Below, in pieces: positions 1 through 8,977 of a DNA stretch of 64,000 bases. The notes beneath the pieces were generated by a model. The model searched no databases. It was not told where the DNA came from and saw only the letters and a list, made by a program, of their open reading frames with translations. The translations under genes were made by a program, and so were the position numbers. The stretch lies in assembly GCA_965222225.1 (NCBI GenBank), contig CBDCTK010000002.1:3968001-4032000 (forward strand), written 5' to 3'. This DNA comes from Candidatus Poribacteria bacterium (GTDB lineage: Bacteria; Poribacteria; WGA-4E; JAJDTR01). Positions within the stretch are counted from its first letter, which is position 1, and each line of letters starts with the position of its first letter.

Positions 1-1640
1 GCCGCATCGCCGATAGCAATCGTCGTCACATAGATGTCGTCAGCCGCGATCTGTTCCGCGAGTGTGTTAAAATCCCCGTCAGACCTGCCATCGGACAAAA
101 GAATAAGATGTTTCTGTTTGGCATCGACCGCCTTGAGCATTTCGTACGCTCGTTTGAGTGCGGGGTACATTTTTGTGCCGCCGGTTGGGGCTAGTCCGCC
201 AACTTCGCGGATAATTCTCTCATGATCCGTTGTGGGTGAGATATCCAACCCAATCTTGGTGGAAAAACCGATTACACCCGCCTTGTCCTCCTTATCAAGC
301 TCGCGCACGCCCGCTCGGATGCCTTCAATCGCCAATTGAATCTTCTGATCCGCTCCGACGTAATTTGCCATGCTGCCGGATGTATCGATAACGAACATCA
401 GTGCCATAGATTCTTTACGCTGCCGAGGCGTCATCTCGACAGGCAACGCTCGCTCCAAGGGTGTGTCGTGATAGCCGCCCATTCCGAATGCACGTTCCCC
501 GCCGATTACAACCAATCCTTTTCCGAGATCGCGGACATAGCTCTCAATCAGATCCATCCGGGAATCTGAAAGATCATCAGCCGAAACATTATTCAGAATC
601 ACCACCGCACTGCTTCGCAAATCGGCTAACTCGGTCGTGAATTCATGCGGCGATACGACATCCACCGCAAAACCGCTGGATTTGAGGACGCGCTGCAGCA
701 CGTCGGTCTGTCCCGAATCACCCTCTACATACAACACGTGAGGTTGACCAATCACACTGACATAGCCGTAGGCCTCATTGTTTTCGAGAATGGCATCACG
801 CACCGAAATTTTGAATTGGTACGTATAGCTCCCCTGTTCGTTGATTCGTTGGTCGGGCATTCTGATCTCCTGTTTTCCCGGTTTCAGCGTAATGGACTGC
901 GGATCAGAAACCGGTGCGCCATCGCGATGCAGATGAATCTCCACCGGCTTGGCTCCCGTGCTTTCGACAATCGCACGCACGGCGAAAGTTTGACCGGATA
1001 TCACATGCGAATGAAGATGCAGGGCACGTACCCAGACCTCATCGGCTCTCTCGGAATTCAACGGGATTGTGAAGATCTCACTCCCACTCGCCCGCGCGAG
1101 GTCCAAGAGCGGCTCCAGATCGCCGGTATTCTGCAATCCGTCGCTCAGCAGCACGATTCGTCTCTGTCGATCGTCCGGTAGAATACGCAAGGCTAAATGG
1201 AGCGCGGCTGCGGCGTCCGTCGCATTGTAATCTAGTGCCGCTTCCGTCAAGGTGTCGGGGGTGAAATTCGGTTGTTCCATCTTCGGGCGCATGGGGGTGG
1301 AGGCTGTCGACTGCGCGGCGAACGGAATGACACTATACAGGTCGGTCGGCTCCAACTCATCAATTGCCGCATTGATTAGATCGATTCCCCTGTGCTGTTC
1401 TCCCGTTGGCACGCTCTCCGAAACATCCAAGAGGAAGGCGACAGCGAGAATCTCTTCGCGGTGATTCCTGTGCAAACCTGCCAGCGCCAGAACAAAACAC
1501 AGTACGGCAATCGTTCGCAAAACAAGCGTGGTCGATTTTCGCCATCGCGACGCTACGACTCGCGTGCCGCGATGGATAATCAGCAGTAGCGGAATGCTAA
1601 TGAATAACAACAAGAAAAGGGGGGTATCAAGGTGAGCCAT
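1..1640 (-). CDS. VWA domain-containing membrane-anchored protein (runs off the left edge)
   Basis: Manual translation from ATG 1640: MAHLDTPLFLLLFISIPLLLII (BatA-like TM start). A MIDAS motif FVIDTSGSM is followed by GGTKMYPAL and LILLSDG. Absent from the ORF track because no stop lies in the window. Confidence 0.8.
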   Translation of the reverse strand, partial: MAHLDTPLFLLLFISIPLLLIIHRGTRVVASRWRKSTTLVLRTIAVLCFVLALAGLHRNHREEILAVAFLLDVSESVPTGEQHRGIDLINAAIDELEPTDLYSVIPFAAQSTASTPMRPKMEQPNFTPDTLTEAALDYNATDAAAALHLALRILPDDRQRRIVLLSDGLQNTGDLEPLLDLARASGSEIFTIPLNSERADEVWVRALHLHSHVISGQTFAVRAIVESTGAKPVEIHLHRDGAPVSDPQSITLKPGKQEIRMPDQRINEQGSYTYQFKISVRDAILENNEAYGYVSVIGQPHVLYVEGDSGQTDVLQRVLKSSGFAVDVVSPHEFTTELADLRSSAVVILNNVSADDLSDSRMDLIESYVRDLGKGLVVIGGERAFGMGGYHDTPLERALPVEMTPRQRKESMALMFVIDTSGSMANYVGADQKIQLAIEGIRAGVRELDKEDKAGVIGFSTKIGLDISPTTDHERIIREVGGLAPTGGTKMYPALKRAYEMLKAVDAKQKHLILLSDGRSDGDFNTLAEQIAADDIYVTTIAIGDA

Positions 1641-1760
1641 CGTAAAAGGGACGGATTATCTGACGCCTGCAAGACTTGCGCAAAGAGCAAAATTGGAGGA
1701 TTTAGCAAATTCCTTCGTGATGTGGGGATTGTCAAATCAAGGCTTCACGACGGTAGGAGG

Positions 1761-1837
1761 GATCAAGGGAGCGAATAGCGACCGCGATAGAGTTCTTCGA
1801 GTGAAGGCGATAGAAAATCCCGTGCGATAGAGATCCC
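1761..1837 (+). repeat. GATCAA..GCGATAG hairpin unit plus truncated tail copies, inside a GTAG-type REP
   Basis: GATCAA GG GA GC GAATA GC GA CC GCGATAG (1761-1790), flanked by GTAGGAG and CTCCGAATCGCGACTCC. Confidence 0.85.
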
Positions 1838-1905
1838 CTCCGAATCGCGACTCCGAACAATCATGATAACACGGGCCTCGCGCCGATCTTAGGAAGGATT
1901 GTGAA

Positions 1906-1978
1906 TGGAGCAGACGGGATTCGAACCCGTGACCTCATCCGTGCGAGGGATGCGCTCTCCCATCTGAGCTACGGCCCC
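1906..1978 (-). tRNA. tRNA-Ala(CGC), duplicate copy with one acceptor-stem mismatch
   Basis: GGGGCCGTAGCTCAG...CATCC CT CGC AC GGATG...GGTTCGAATCC...CTGCTCCA. G3:U70 is present; C6 mismatches U67. Confidence 0.85.
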
Positions 1979-2091
1979 ATATGGCGGTGCTTCTTGAACG
2001 AAGTTCGAACGACCTATGAGCGAAGTCCGCTGGACTTCGCGCACTGATTCGCTGCGCCATCCTCGCTTCGGGGCGGAAATTTTTCGCGGTA

Positions 2092-4705
2092 CTATTCAAT
2101 CACTATATCCAAACCAGAAAACTCATCAAGCTCGCGGGATACAGCAAGCCTAACTTCATTGGCTTTCTTGTATCGTTCTGCTATTTGCCTTTGGGCTACC
2201 ATATCAAAATTACCATCGTTGTCGACTGGAATTGATATTGTTATTTTCTTTATGTCGTTAATCCTCAGGTTATTATTTGCGCTATATCCCATATTCCCGA
2301 TTTCTTTTTCAATAATATTAAGCATTGTCTGCAAAAACTCATCATCTAAATTTTTCCTAAATTCTTCCTTCAAAGAAAATTTGGCAATCCTTTGGTTTAA
2401 ATAAAATTTCCCCTCATCCCTCCACTTAGTTAGCCTGAAAAACGAACCGGATAGAGGGAGTAAATAATCACCCTTCGTTACACGGAATTTATCGTTAATC
2501 TCAATATTCTTTGGATAACGCACCAATTTTGGATTTTTCCCCGATAAGTTTTGAATCCGTATTATGGGGATATCTGATTCCTTTGCCGTGAACAGACTCT
2601 TTTTGAAAGTGAAACCAGAGACTACATCAAAAATTTCATCAATGGTTTTCTCTTTATACGAAAAGTCCTTTTTTCTATCAATAAGGTCTGCGACCTCCTC
2701 TCTGTATTCAAAAATACGATCAGCTACATCTTCTAATAGCTGGGGGAAATTATCGATGGCAATAGTTTTCTGTTCTTCCAGAATACCGAGTTTAATTTTT
2801 TCTTCCTCGCTCCACCATTTATCTACCAGCCAATCTTTTTCAATGCCGCTGATGAATTTTTCAATTGGTAGAACTTTACATCGATCATCAGAATTTATGT
2901 TCTCAAAACGGTTCTTATTTGCTCTAAAGAAGGAAAATAACGTTACTGCTTCCTGAAGGTCGTTTTGCTCACTACTGAATCTGTAAATATCCCGCGTTTC
3001 ACCTATTTCACTGACCAAGTATGTAAATACAGGTTCTTTTTGCTGTTCTGGTTTCAACTTTTTGGTGATACCAAGAATGTACGTCTTTTTGGAGGTTGTA
3101 AAGAATGTGTCTTTTGGCAGTGAAATTATTGCATCAATAAAACACTCGTCTAAAATGAAGCGCCTTAAATTTTTGTCATTTTGTCGATTAAGAATCCCAT
3201 CTGGAACTATCACAAAAGCTTTGCCCCCGGGCTTGAGAGCTCTAACGACCCATTCCATAAATAAGCCTTCAACACCCATGGCGTTTATTTTGTAATAGTT
3301 TACAAGTTTGCCATCCTTTTTAATTTCTTCTTTTAAGTTACTACTTCCCTTGGTGACATAAGGCGGATTTGTCAAAATTAACTCGTATCCATTTTCTACT
3401 GGATCTGATAGCGACCCTAGAATGGAATTTGTTTTCAGCATAAAAGTTTTGTTGAATAGCTCTGAGAATTCCTTAGTAAGTCCGGGATTTTCCTTTATTA
3501 AGTCTGAAAAATAGATGAGCATATTAGCCTTTGCCAATATGATTGTCTTTTGCTCATCTCTATCGAATCCCTTATCAAAACCTTCGATTGTAATCTGAGG
3601 GTGTATTCCTTTCTTATCAATCTTATAGAGTTCATCAAGTCTCGTAGCGAGCGGTTCTAGAAGGAATTTCCCGACGCCACAAGCAGGGTCGCAGATTTTT
3701 TTGCCCTTCTCAATTTCACTTTTTGCCATCTCCACGATGGCACGGACCACTTTTAGAGGTGTGAAAAATTGCCCCCAATTTTTCTTAACTAATGCTCTCC
3801 TTGAGAAAACTCTCAAAAAGTTTGCTCTTAAAATCGAGGTCGATGTGTTCAAGTTTTTCGTATTTAATAAACTTTTCTAAAACAGTTTTAAATGTTGTGC
3901 TATAACCCTTTACTGCTTTTTGATCTTTACTGACAAAAATTGTCCCGTTAATAATTGTTGTCTTGTCAACTGGATTTTCTGGAAATAAATCTTTGATTTT
4001 CTTTCTCACAGTATCCGCGTAATGCTCTAAAACTTCATTTTCTGTATTTTGATTGTACATTTCTGCAAGTGTATAGAAATTATGCGTTCCCTTGAGTACA
4101 CCTAGATCGCTCAGGTATTTGAATATAAAAAGCTCAACAAAAGTATACAAACAATTTTCAGGCGTCGCTCCACTGACTGACCAAATATCCTGCCAAATAC
4201 TTTTGGCTAAATCGGTTGGGTTAATAAGTTGCTTTGGTTTTATATTATCATTAAGTTCATTGATTGAATCGTATATTTTTTCAAGTAAATCAATGACTTC
4301 TTCTGATTTTGGATCGAATGGTGTTCGGATCTCATTCCCAGCCCAGTCCTTTACTCTATTTTCTGTGGCAGGATTCACCCAAACTCCATCTTTAGTATCG
4401 GTGGCAATGAATATTCTGGCTCCGAGTTTTCGTGCAACTTCGATCTCTTGCTTGACCGCTTGTTGTTTTTGGACGTTTGTTCTAAAGTCAGACGGCTTTT
4501 TATATTCAATAACTGCGATGATGTTTTTCCTTTGTGCTATCAAGGCATCTATTTTCTTTTTTTCAACTTCTCCATAATCAACGTTGCGAATAATTCCGTA
4601 TTCTTTGAGAGATTTGACGGACGTAGCACCTATATTATAAAAATCCCACTTGCCGATTTTATCCGGGCTTTTTACAAGATTCCGTTGTAATAATTCTTCA
4701 CTCAT
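2092..4705 (-). pseudogene. Fused restriction-modification protein (type IIG-like: PD-(D/E)xK nuclease, N6-adenine MTase, TRD) split by a +1 frameshift near 3787
   Basis: IDAL..VIEYKK, GQFFTP, DPACGVGKFL, NPPY and a C-terminal HsdS-like TRD. Removing one T at AGT-T-AAG joins ESIS to KKNWGQFFTP. Visibly AT-rich relative to the flanks. Confidence 0.8.
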
Positions 4706-4881
4706 ATAATTTTCGGCTAATAGTTTATCCACAGTGGCTCCAAAAACTTTTGTAATAAGCCTTAGAGTGACCACGGTAGATTTTCTGTTGCGCTGTTCTA
4801 TAAAGTGGTCCCATTGTCTAGACCATACCGGATTGTATTGAAGGGACCGTTATGCAAATAGGCGAGAAACCGGGGACGGGG

Positions 4882-5244
4882 TTATGAGGAAGCGTTTTGC
4901 AGCGCTTCCACTTTTTCCCGCAGTTGTTGAATTTCGGCTCTGATTTCCTTCCAGTCTCTTTCCTTATAGGCAATAACGATTTGGGGGATTGCTACGGCGG
5001 CGGCTATTAGACCAATGAGCGCAATCTGCAGGAGTTGTAAATCGCCAATTCTGTTATTCAGGTTTTTTTCCGCAGCGTCAATTCTAGTATTCACAGCGTC
5101 AATTTTAAGATCGATATACTCCCTCGTGCGCTTCTCGAACGCTGCGATTTCTTCTTGGATTACAGCTCGCAGATCCGCCTTCGTCAATTCAGCAAAGGCT
5201 GGTGATGTCAGAAGCAGTAGGGACAGGATTGTTATGCACTTCAT
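4882..5244 (-). CDS. Hypothetical protein (signal peptide, coiled coil, one TM helix)
   Basis: MKCITILSLLLLTSPAFAEL... with TM segment LLQIALIGLIAAAVAIPQIVIAY. Confidence 0.7.
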   Translation of the reverse strand: MKCITILSLLLLTSPAFAELTKADLRAVIQEEIAAFEKRTREYIDLKIDAVNTRIDAAEKNLNNRIGDLQLLQIALIGLIAAAVAIPQIVIAYKERDWKEIRAEIQQLREKVEALQNASS

Positions 5245-5375
5245 GATTGGATCTTCTTTCTTCTGTTTCGACCAAACACGCCGTATTGTCGGGAATCGCA
5301 ACTCACTTCGGTACGACCAATCCTGCACCGTCGCGATAATTCGAGCCTCGCGCCGATCTTAGGAAGGATTGTGAA

Positions 5376-5448
5376 TGGAGCAGACGGGATTCGAACCCGT
5401 GACCTCATCCGTGCGAGGGATGCGCTCTCCCATCTGAGCTACTGCCCC
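5376..5448 (-). tRNA. tRNA-Ala(CGC)
   Basis: Cloverleaf with acceptor GGGGCAG/CTGCTCC, G3:U70 and anticodon CGC. Confidence 0.95.
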
Positions 5449-5528
5449 ATATGGCGGTGAATTACCAATCTTTGCTCGAACCCATTCTGAACGAAACAAC
5501 TGACGCTGCGCGCTGACTTTTGCTTGTT

Positions 5529-5795
5529 TCAACGGTGAGGGCAACCGGGCCAACAACAAGGTCGCCGCTTTCCCTCTATTAGCTCCGTGCGTACTCGCTC
5601 AATATGACATCTTCTCGTCTCCGGCTTCTTGACGGCTGTAACCCAGCAAATCCATTCATTACGCGCGAGTGATGTAAGGTCATTCCACGCGTCTCGCACC
5701 GCGTTCGCAGAAATAAGGGCCTCGCGTAAATCCGCTGGCACTCTATGTACCACGCCAGTGGCGATTCCTTTTTTGGTCATAAGATTATTAGACAT
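5529..5795 (-). CDS. YdeI/OmpD-associated family protein
   Basis: VPADLREAL...WNDLTSLARNEWICWV..VKKPETRRCHI...GKRRPCCWPGC. Confidence 0.8.
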   Translation of the reverse strand: MSNNLMTKKGIATGVVHRVPADLREALISANAVRDAWNDLTSLARNEWICWVTAVKKPETRRCHIERVRTELIEGKRRPCCWPGCPHR

Positions 5796-6168
5796 CCTTC
5801 CAAAATAATCTCGGACCCCGATGGCGTCTGCCTTTGCTCTAATTGGCTTGGGAATAATGCCAATCGTCAGAACTCCGATGCCACCTGAATTTTGTCCATT
5901 ACATTGAGTTTATTATGACAAATGTCTATTCTTTTAGCGAATAGACCACTAACAAACCCAAAACTTAATAACATTAAAAGTCCATTATGATTAAAATGAG
6001 AAAAATCTCGCTTTTGGCTAAAAGAAAGTTCGAGCCGATATTTTTTCAGGTTCTTTGGCAGTTTTTAGAAACGGCAGGTCGACTGGCGGTGGCAGGCGCG
6101 CGAAAATTGCATCCGCCGCCTTCAAAATCAGTTCGAATTTTGTCGAATGCACACCGCCAGTTCGGAAA

Positions 6169-6258
6169 TGGCGGAGAGAGTGGGATTCGAACCCACGGTG
6201 CAGTTGCCCGCACAACAGTTTTCGAGACTGTCCAGTTCAACCACTCCTGCATCTCTCC
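6169..6258 (-). tRNA. tRNA-Ser(CGA)
   Basis: GGAGAGA...ACAGT CT CGA AA ACTGT, long variable arm, ends GCCA. Confidence 0.95.
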
Positions 6259-6264
6259 GCAGGT

Positions 6265-6711
6265 TCAACGACGCTCATGGAAGAAGGATTGAAGCAGAGC
6301 ACGACTTTCCTCGTCCAACACGCCTTTAACGACATTCACTCTGTGATTTAACCGCTTGTCTTGTAATATATCAAATATGGTGCCTGCAGCGCCGAACTTC
6401 GGCTCCGAAGCCGCGTAAACGACCCGCGGGATTCGCGCCAAGACAATCGCTCCGGCGCACATTGGGCAGGGTTCCAAGGTGACATATAACGTCGTATCCG
6501 TTAGCCGCCAATCCCCAACGCACCGCGACGCTGACCGAATGGCAAGCACTTCCGCGTGTGCCGTCGCATCCTCCGACTGTTGGCGTAAGTTATGCGAACG
6601 GGAAAGAACAACGCCCTCTCTGACGATTACGGCTCCAACGGGAACCTCGCCCATTTTGGATGCTTGCCGCGCAAGTTCAAGGGCTTCACGCATCCAGAAC
6701 TCATCTGACAT
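6265..6711 (-). CDS. tadA: tRNA adenosine(34) deaminase
   Basis: MSDEFWMREAL..GEVPVGAV..HAE..TLEPCPMCAGA. Confidence 0.93.
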   Translation of the reverse strand: MSDEFWMREALELARQASKMGEVPVGAVIVREGVVLSRSHNLRQQSEDATAHAEVLAIRSASRCVGDWRLTDTTLYVTLEPCPMCAGAIVLARIPRVVYAASEPKFGAAGTIFDILQDKRLNHRVNVVKGVLDEESRALLQSFFHERR

Positions 6712-6840
6712 ACTCAAACGCGAAGTTAAGTGTAGGCAACTGTCCCTATGATGCGGCGTTAGCCTACCTGTAGTAGGCATACTCCGTATGCCGTAACCCT
6801 TGTGCAGACTACGGCGCCGCGGAGTCTACCTACTGCGCTA

Positions 6841-6914
6841 AGCGCCTGAGAGGATTCGAACCTCCGGCCTTCTGATCCGTAGTCAGATGCTCTAATCCAC
6901 TGAGCTACAGGCGC
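6841..6914 (-). tRNA. tRNA-Arg(ACG)
   Basis: GCGCCTGTAGCTCAG...TCTGA CT ACG GA TCAGA...GGTTCGAATCC; CCA not encoded. Confidence 0.95.
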
Positions 6915-6920
6915 AACTAA

Positions 6921-7009
6921 TGGCGGAGAGGATGGGATTCGAACCCATGGTACCACTGAGGCACAACTGCTTAGCAGGCAGCCCGATTCAACCGCTCTCG
7001 CACCTCTCC
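6921..7009 (-). tRNA. tRNA-Ser(GCT)
   Basis: GGAGAGG...CTGC CT GCT AA GCAG, long variable arm, ends GCCA. Confidence 0.95.
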
Positions 7010-7026
7010 ACACGTGTTCCAAACAT

Positions 7027-7114
7027 TGGCGGTGGGAGTAGGATTCGAACCCACGGTACCTTGCGGCACAACGGTTTTCAAGACCGCCGCTTTCGACCAC
7101 TCAGCCATCCCACC
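7027..7114 (-). tRNA. tRNA-Ser(TGA)
   Basis: GGTGGGA...CGGT CT TGA AA ACCG, long variable arm, ends GCCA. Confidence 0.95.
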
Positions 7115-7128
7115 AAAATTGCCACTTT

Positions 7129-7158
7129 ATTTTATCAGAGATCTTTGGCTTTTGTCAA
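7129..7158 (-). promoter_or_regulatory. Sigma70-type promoter of the tRNA/tadA cluster
   Basis: TTGACA-18 bp-TAAAAT with an extended -10 TG, 14 bp upstream of tRNA-Ser(TGA). Confidence 0.7.
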
Positions 7159-7195
7159 GAAAATCCCCGCCCCAAAACAGGGTAGCCGCACCTAA

Positions 7196-7422
7196 GAGCC
7201 TGTTTGAAAAGTACAGTAGGGTGCGCACTGCGATCAAGCGAATGAATAATGAGCGATCAACTGACTGATTAAGGAAGGCGATAGTGAATCTTGATAGAGC
7301 TCCCTGAGAAATCCCGTGCGATAGAAATCCTGACAGGTATGTAGTAGCCAACAATGAAAACATGAAAAAACTTTCAACAAATGACCAAAAATGGCTTTGC
7401 CACCGATTATTCAATCAGGCTC
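7196..7422. mobile_element. MITE with IS5-like ends carrying a REP and hairpin units
   Basis: TIRs GAGCCTGTTTGAA / TTCAATCAGGCTC with TAA on both sides; sister copy at 58965-59293. Confidence 0.75.
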
Positions 7423-7654
7423 TAAGTCTACATTCTCGTTTTCTGGTCTTCCCGTTTTCTGATTTTCGATTGGCAACTTCAGGGCGTTGTTTGTATAATA
7501 CGGTGAGAGCAGGGGTTACGCCAAAGTTTCCACTATGACATGGCGTTAGTTCCTGTTTTCTGTTTGTGCTGGAGGAAGCCACTCGTGGAAGGGAGCGCGG
7601 GAAGCGATGAAACGGAAGGAGATAAATGGCTTGACTGTCAGAACCTTATGCGTT

Positions 7655-8398
7655 TTAACAAGGTGCGGCTAGAACTAGAGACACGTTGTCTTTTCCGCCG
7701 TACTCAAGAACCTTGTTAATCAGTGCGCGACTTGCGGCATCAAGGTCTGATGCGTTCGTGATTATCCGGGCGATCTCCTCATCGTCAACTATCATGTCGT
7801 GCAAACCGTCCGTGCATGCAAGAATAATGTCGTTGGAGGTGAGAGGATAAACCTCGCAATCGACCTCTACAGACGGCTCAAACCCGATTGCCCGATCGAT
7901 AATATTTCGATTGGTATGAACACGGGCCTCTCGCGGGGTTAATTTCCCGATATCCACCAGTTTTTGGACTAACGAGTGGTCTGTAGTTATCTGCTCAAGA
8001 ACGCCGTATCGCAAGATGTAGAGCCTGCTGTCTCCGACATGGGCATAGATTAGCTCGGATGGCGTAATAAAGCCCCCGATAAGGGTTGTTCCCATCCCGT
8101 TCCTATGATCTCTGGTTAACGATCTCTCGTAGATCCGGTGATTCGCCTCTTTGACAAGCTCTTTCAACGTCGTCAGTTTTCCGGCGGGGCTGGTATTCAT
8201 GCTGACCGCGGGCAAATTGTCAAGTTCATCTGCCCATTCTTGGAAAACGGCGACAGCGATACCGCTTGCCACATCACCCGCATCGTGGCCCCCCACCCCG
8301 TCCGCGAGAACAAACAGACCGATTTCTTCGTCAACGAAATATAAATCTTCGTTGAGCGTGCGATGTTTTCCTATATCTGTCCGCGCGGCGAATTTCAT
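7655..8398 (-). CDS. PP2C/Stp1-family Ser/Thr protein phosphatase
   Basis: TDIG..R..NED, LADGVGGH, GMGTT, HVGDSRLY, CTDGL, GGKDN. Confidence 0.92.
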   Translation of the reverse strand: MKFAARTDIGKHRTLNEDLYFVDEEIGLFVLADGVGGHDAGDVASGIAVAVFQEWADELDNLPAVSMNTSPAGKLTTLKELVKEANHRIYERSLTRDHRNGMGTTLIGGFITPSELIYAHVGDSRLYILRYGVLEQITTDHSLVQKLVDIGKLTPREARVHTNRNIIDRAIGFEPSVEVDCEVYPLTSNDIILACTDGLHDMIVDDEEIARIITNASDLDAASRALINKVLEYGGKDNVSLVLAAPC

Positions 8399-8522
8399 GT
8401 TTTCGGTTCTACCATCGGCGAGTCATGTGTGTGGGCTGGAATCCTACATATCAAGTAACGACACAAACGATGGAAACCGCTTTCGGTTTCATCGCCTTCG
8501 ACAGATGGCACAATAACATAAG

Positions 8523-8570
8523 GATCAAGCGACCGCATAGGGAGCGCGATAGAGTTCCCATCGAGATCCC
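8523..8570 (+). repeat. GATCAA..GCGATAG hairpin unit
   Basis: GATCAA GC GA CC GCATA GG GA GC GCGATAG plus tail fragments. Confidence 0.85.
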
Positions 8571-8636
8571 CACGAGGTGTATTTCCAATAACTTCAGGCG
8601 TTGAAAACTGACCAGAATTAGTCGGATTTTATTACT

Positions 8637-8792
8637 TAACCCAAGTTGTCACCTTTGTAGCACAATCTGTTAGATTGTGCTTGTGATGCGCAAACTGACA
8701 GTTTGCGCCACGAAATCTCCGCAATTAATGAACTATTCTCAATTAAAAACGGTGGTGCATGTCTAAAATCTTGTAAGTAGCAACTTGGGTTA
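8637..8792. mobile_element. Small MITE-like element
   Basis: Perfect TIR TAACCCAAGTTG / CAACTTGGGTTA enclosing GTAG-type palindromes. Confidence 0.55.
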
Positions 8793-8977
8793 TTTAAATC
8801 TCCTTCATTCCTGTCTAAAGGATGGAGGTAAGTTCAAAGTTCAGGCTGACATGGAAAGGAAATCTTCCTCCCTTCCATACTTCCATACTTCCATACTTCC
8901 AATCTCATTCTTCCTGCTGGTCGCTCCGGAAGATAGTCATTAATACTGAAACTTGCTTAATGAGTTGAAAGATAGAC

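Noticed and set aside
34-1589. Plus-strand ORFs including 645-1181
   Set aside because: They are antisense to the VWA gene, which has recognisable motifs.
5987-7414. Short ORFs overlapping the tRNA genes and the MITE
   Set aside because: Shadow ORFs over tRNAs and repeats; only tadA is credible.
8872-8902. CTTCCATA 8-mer tandem repeat
   Set aside because: A short intergenic microsatellite with no evidence of function.
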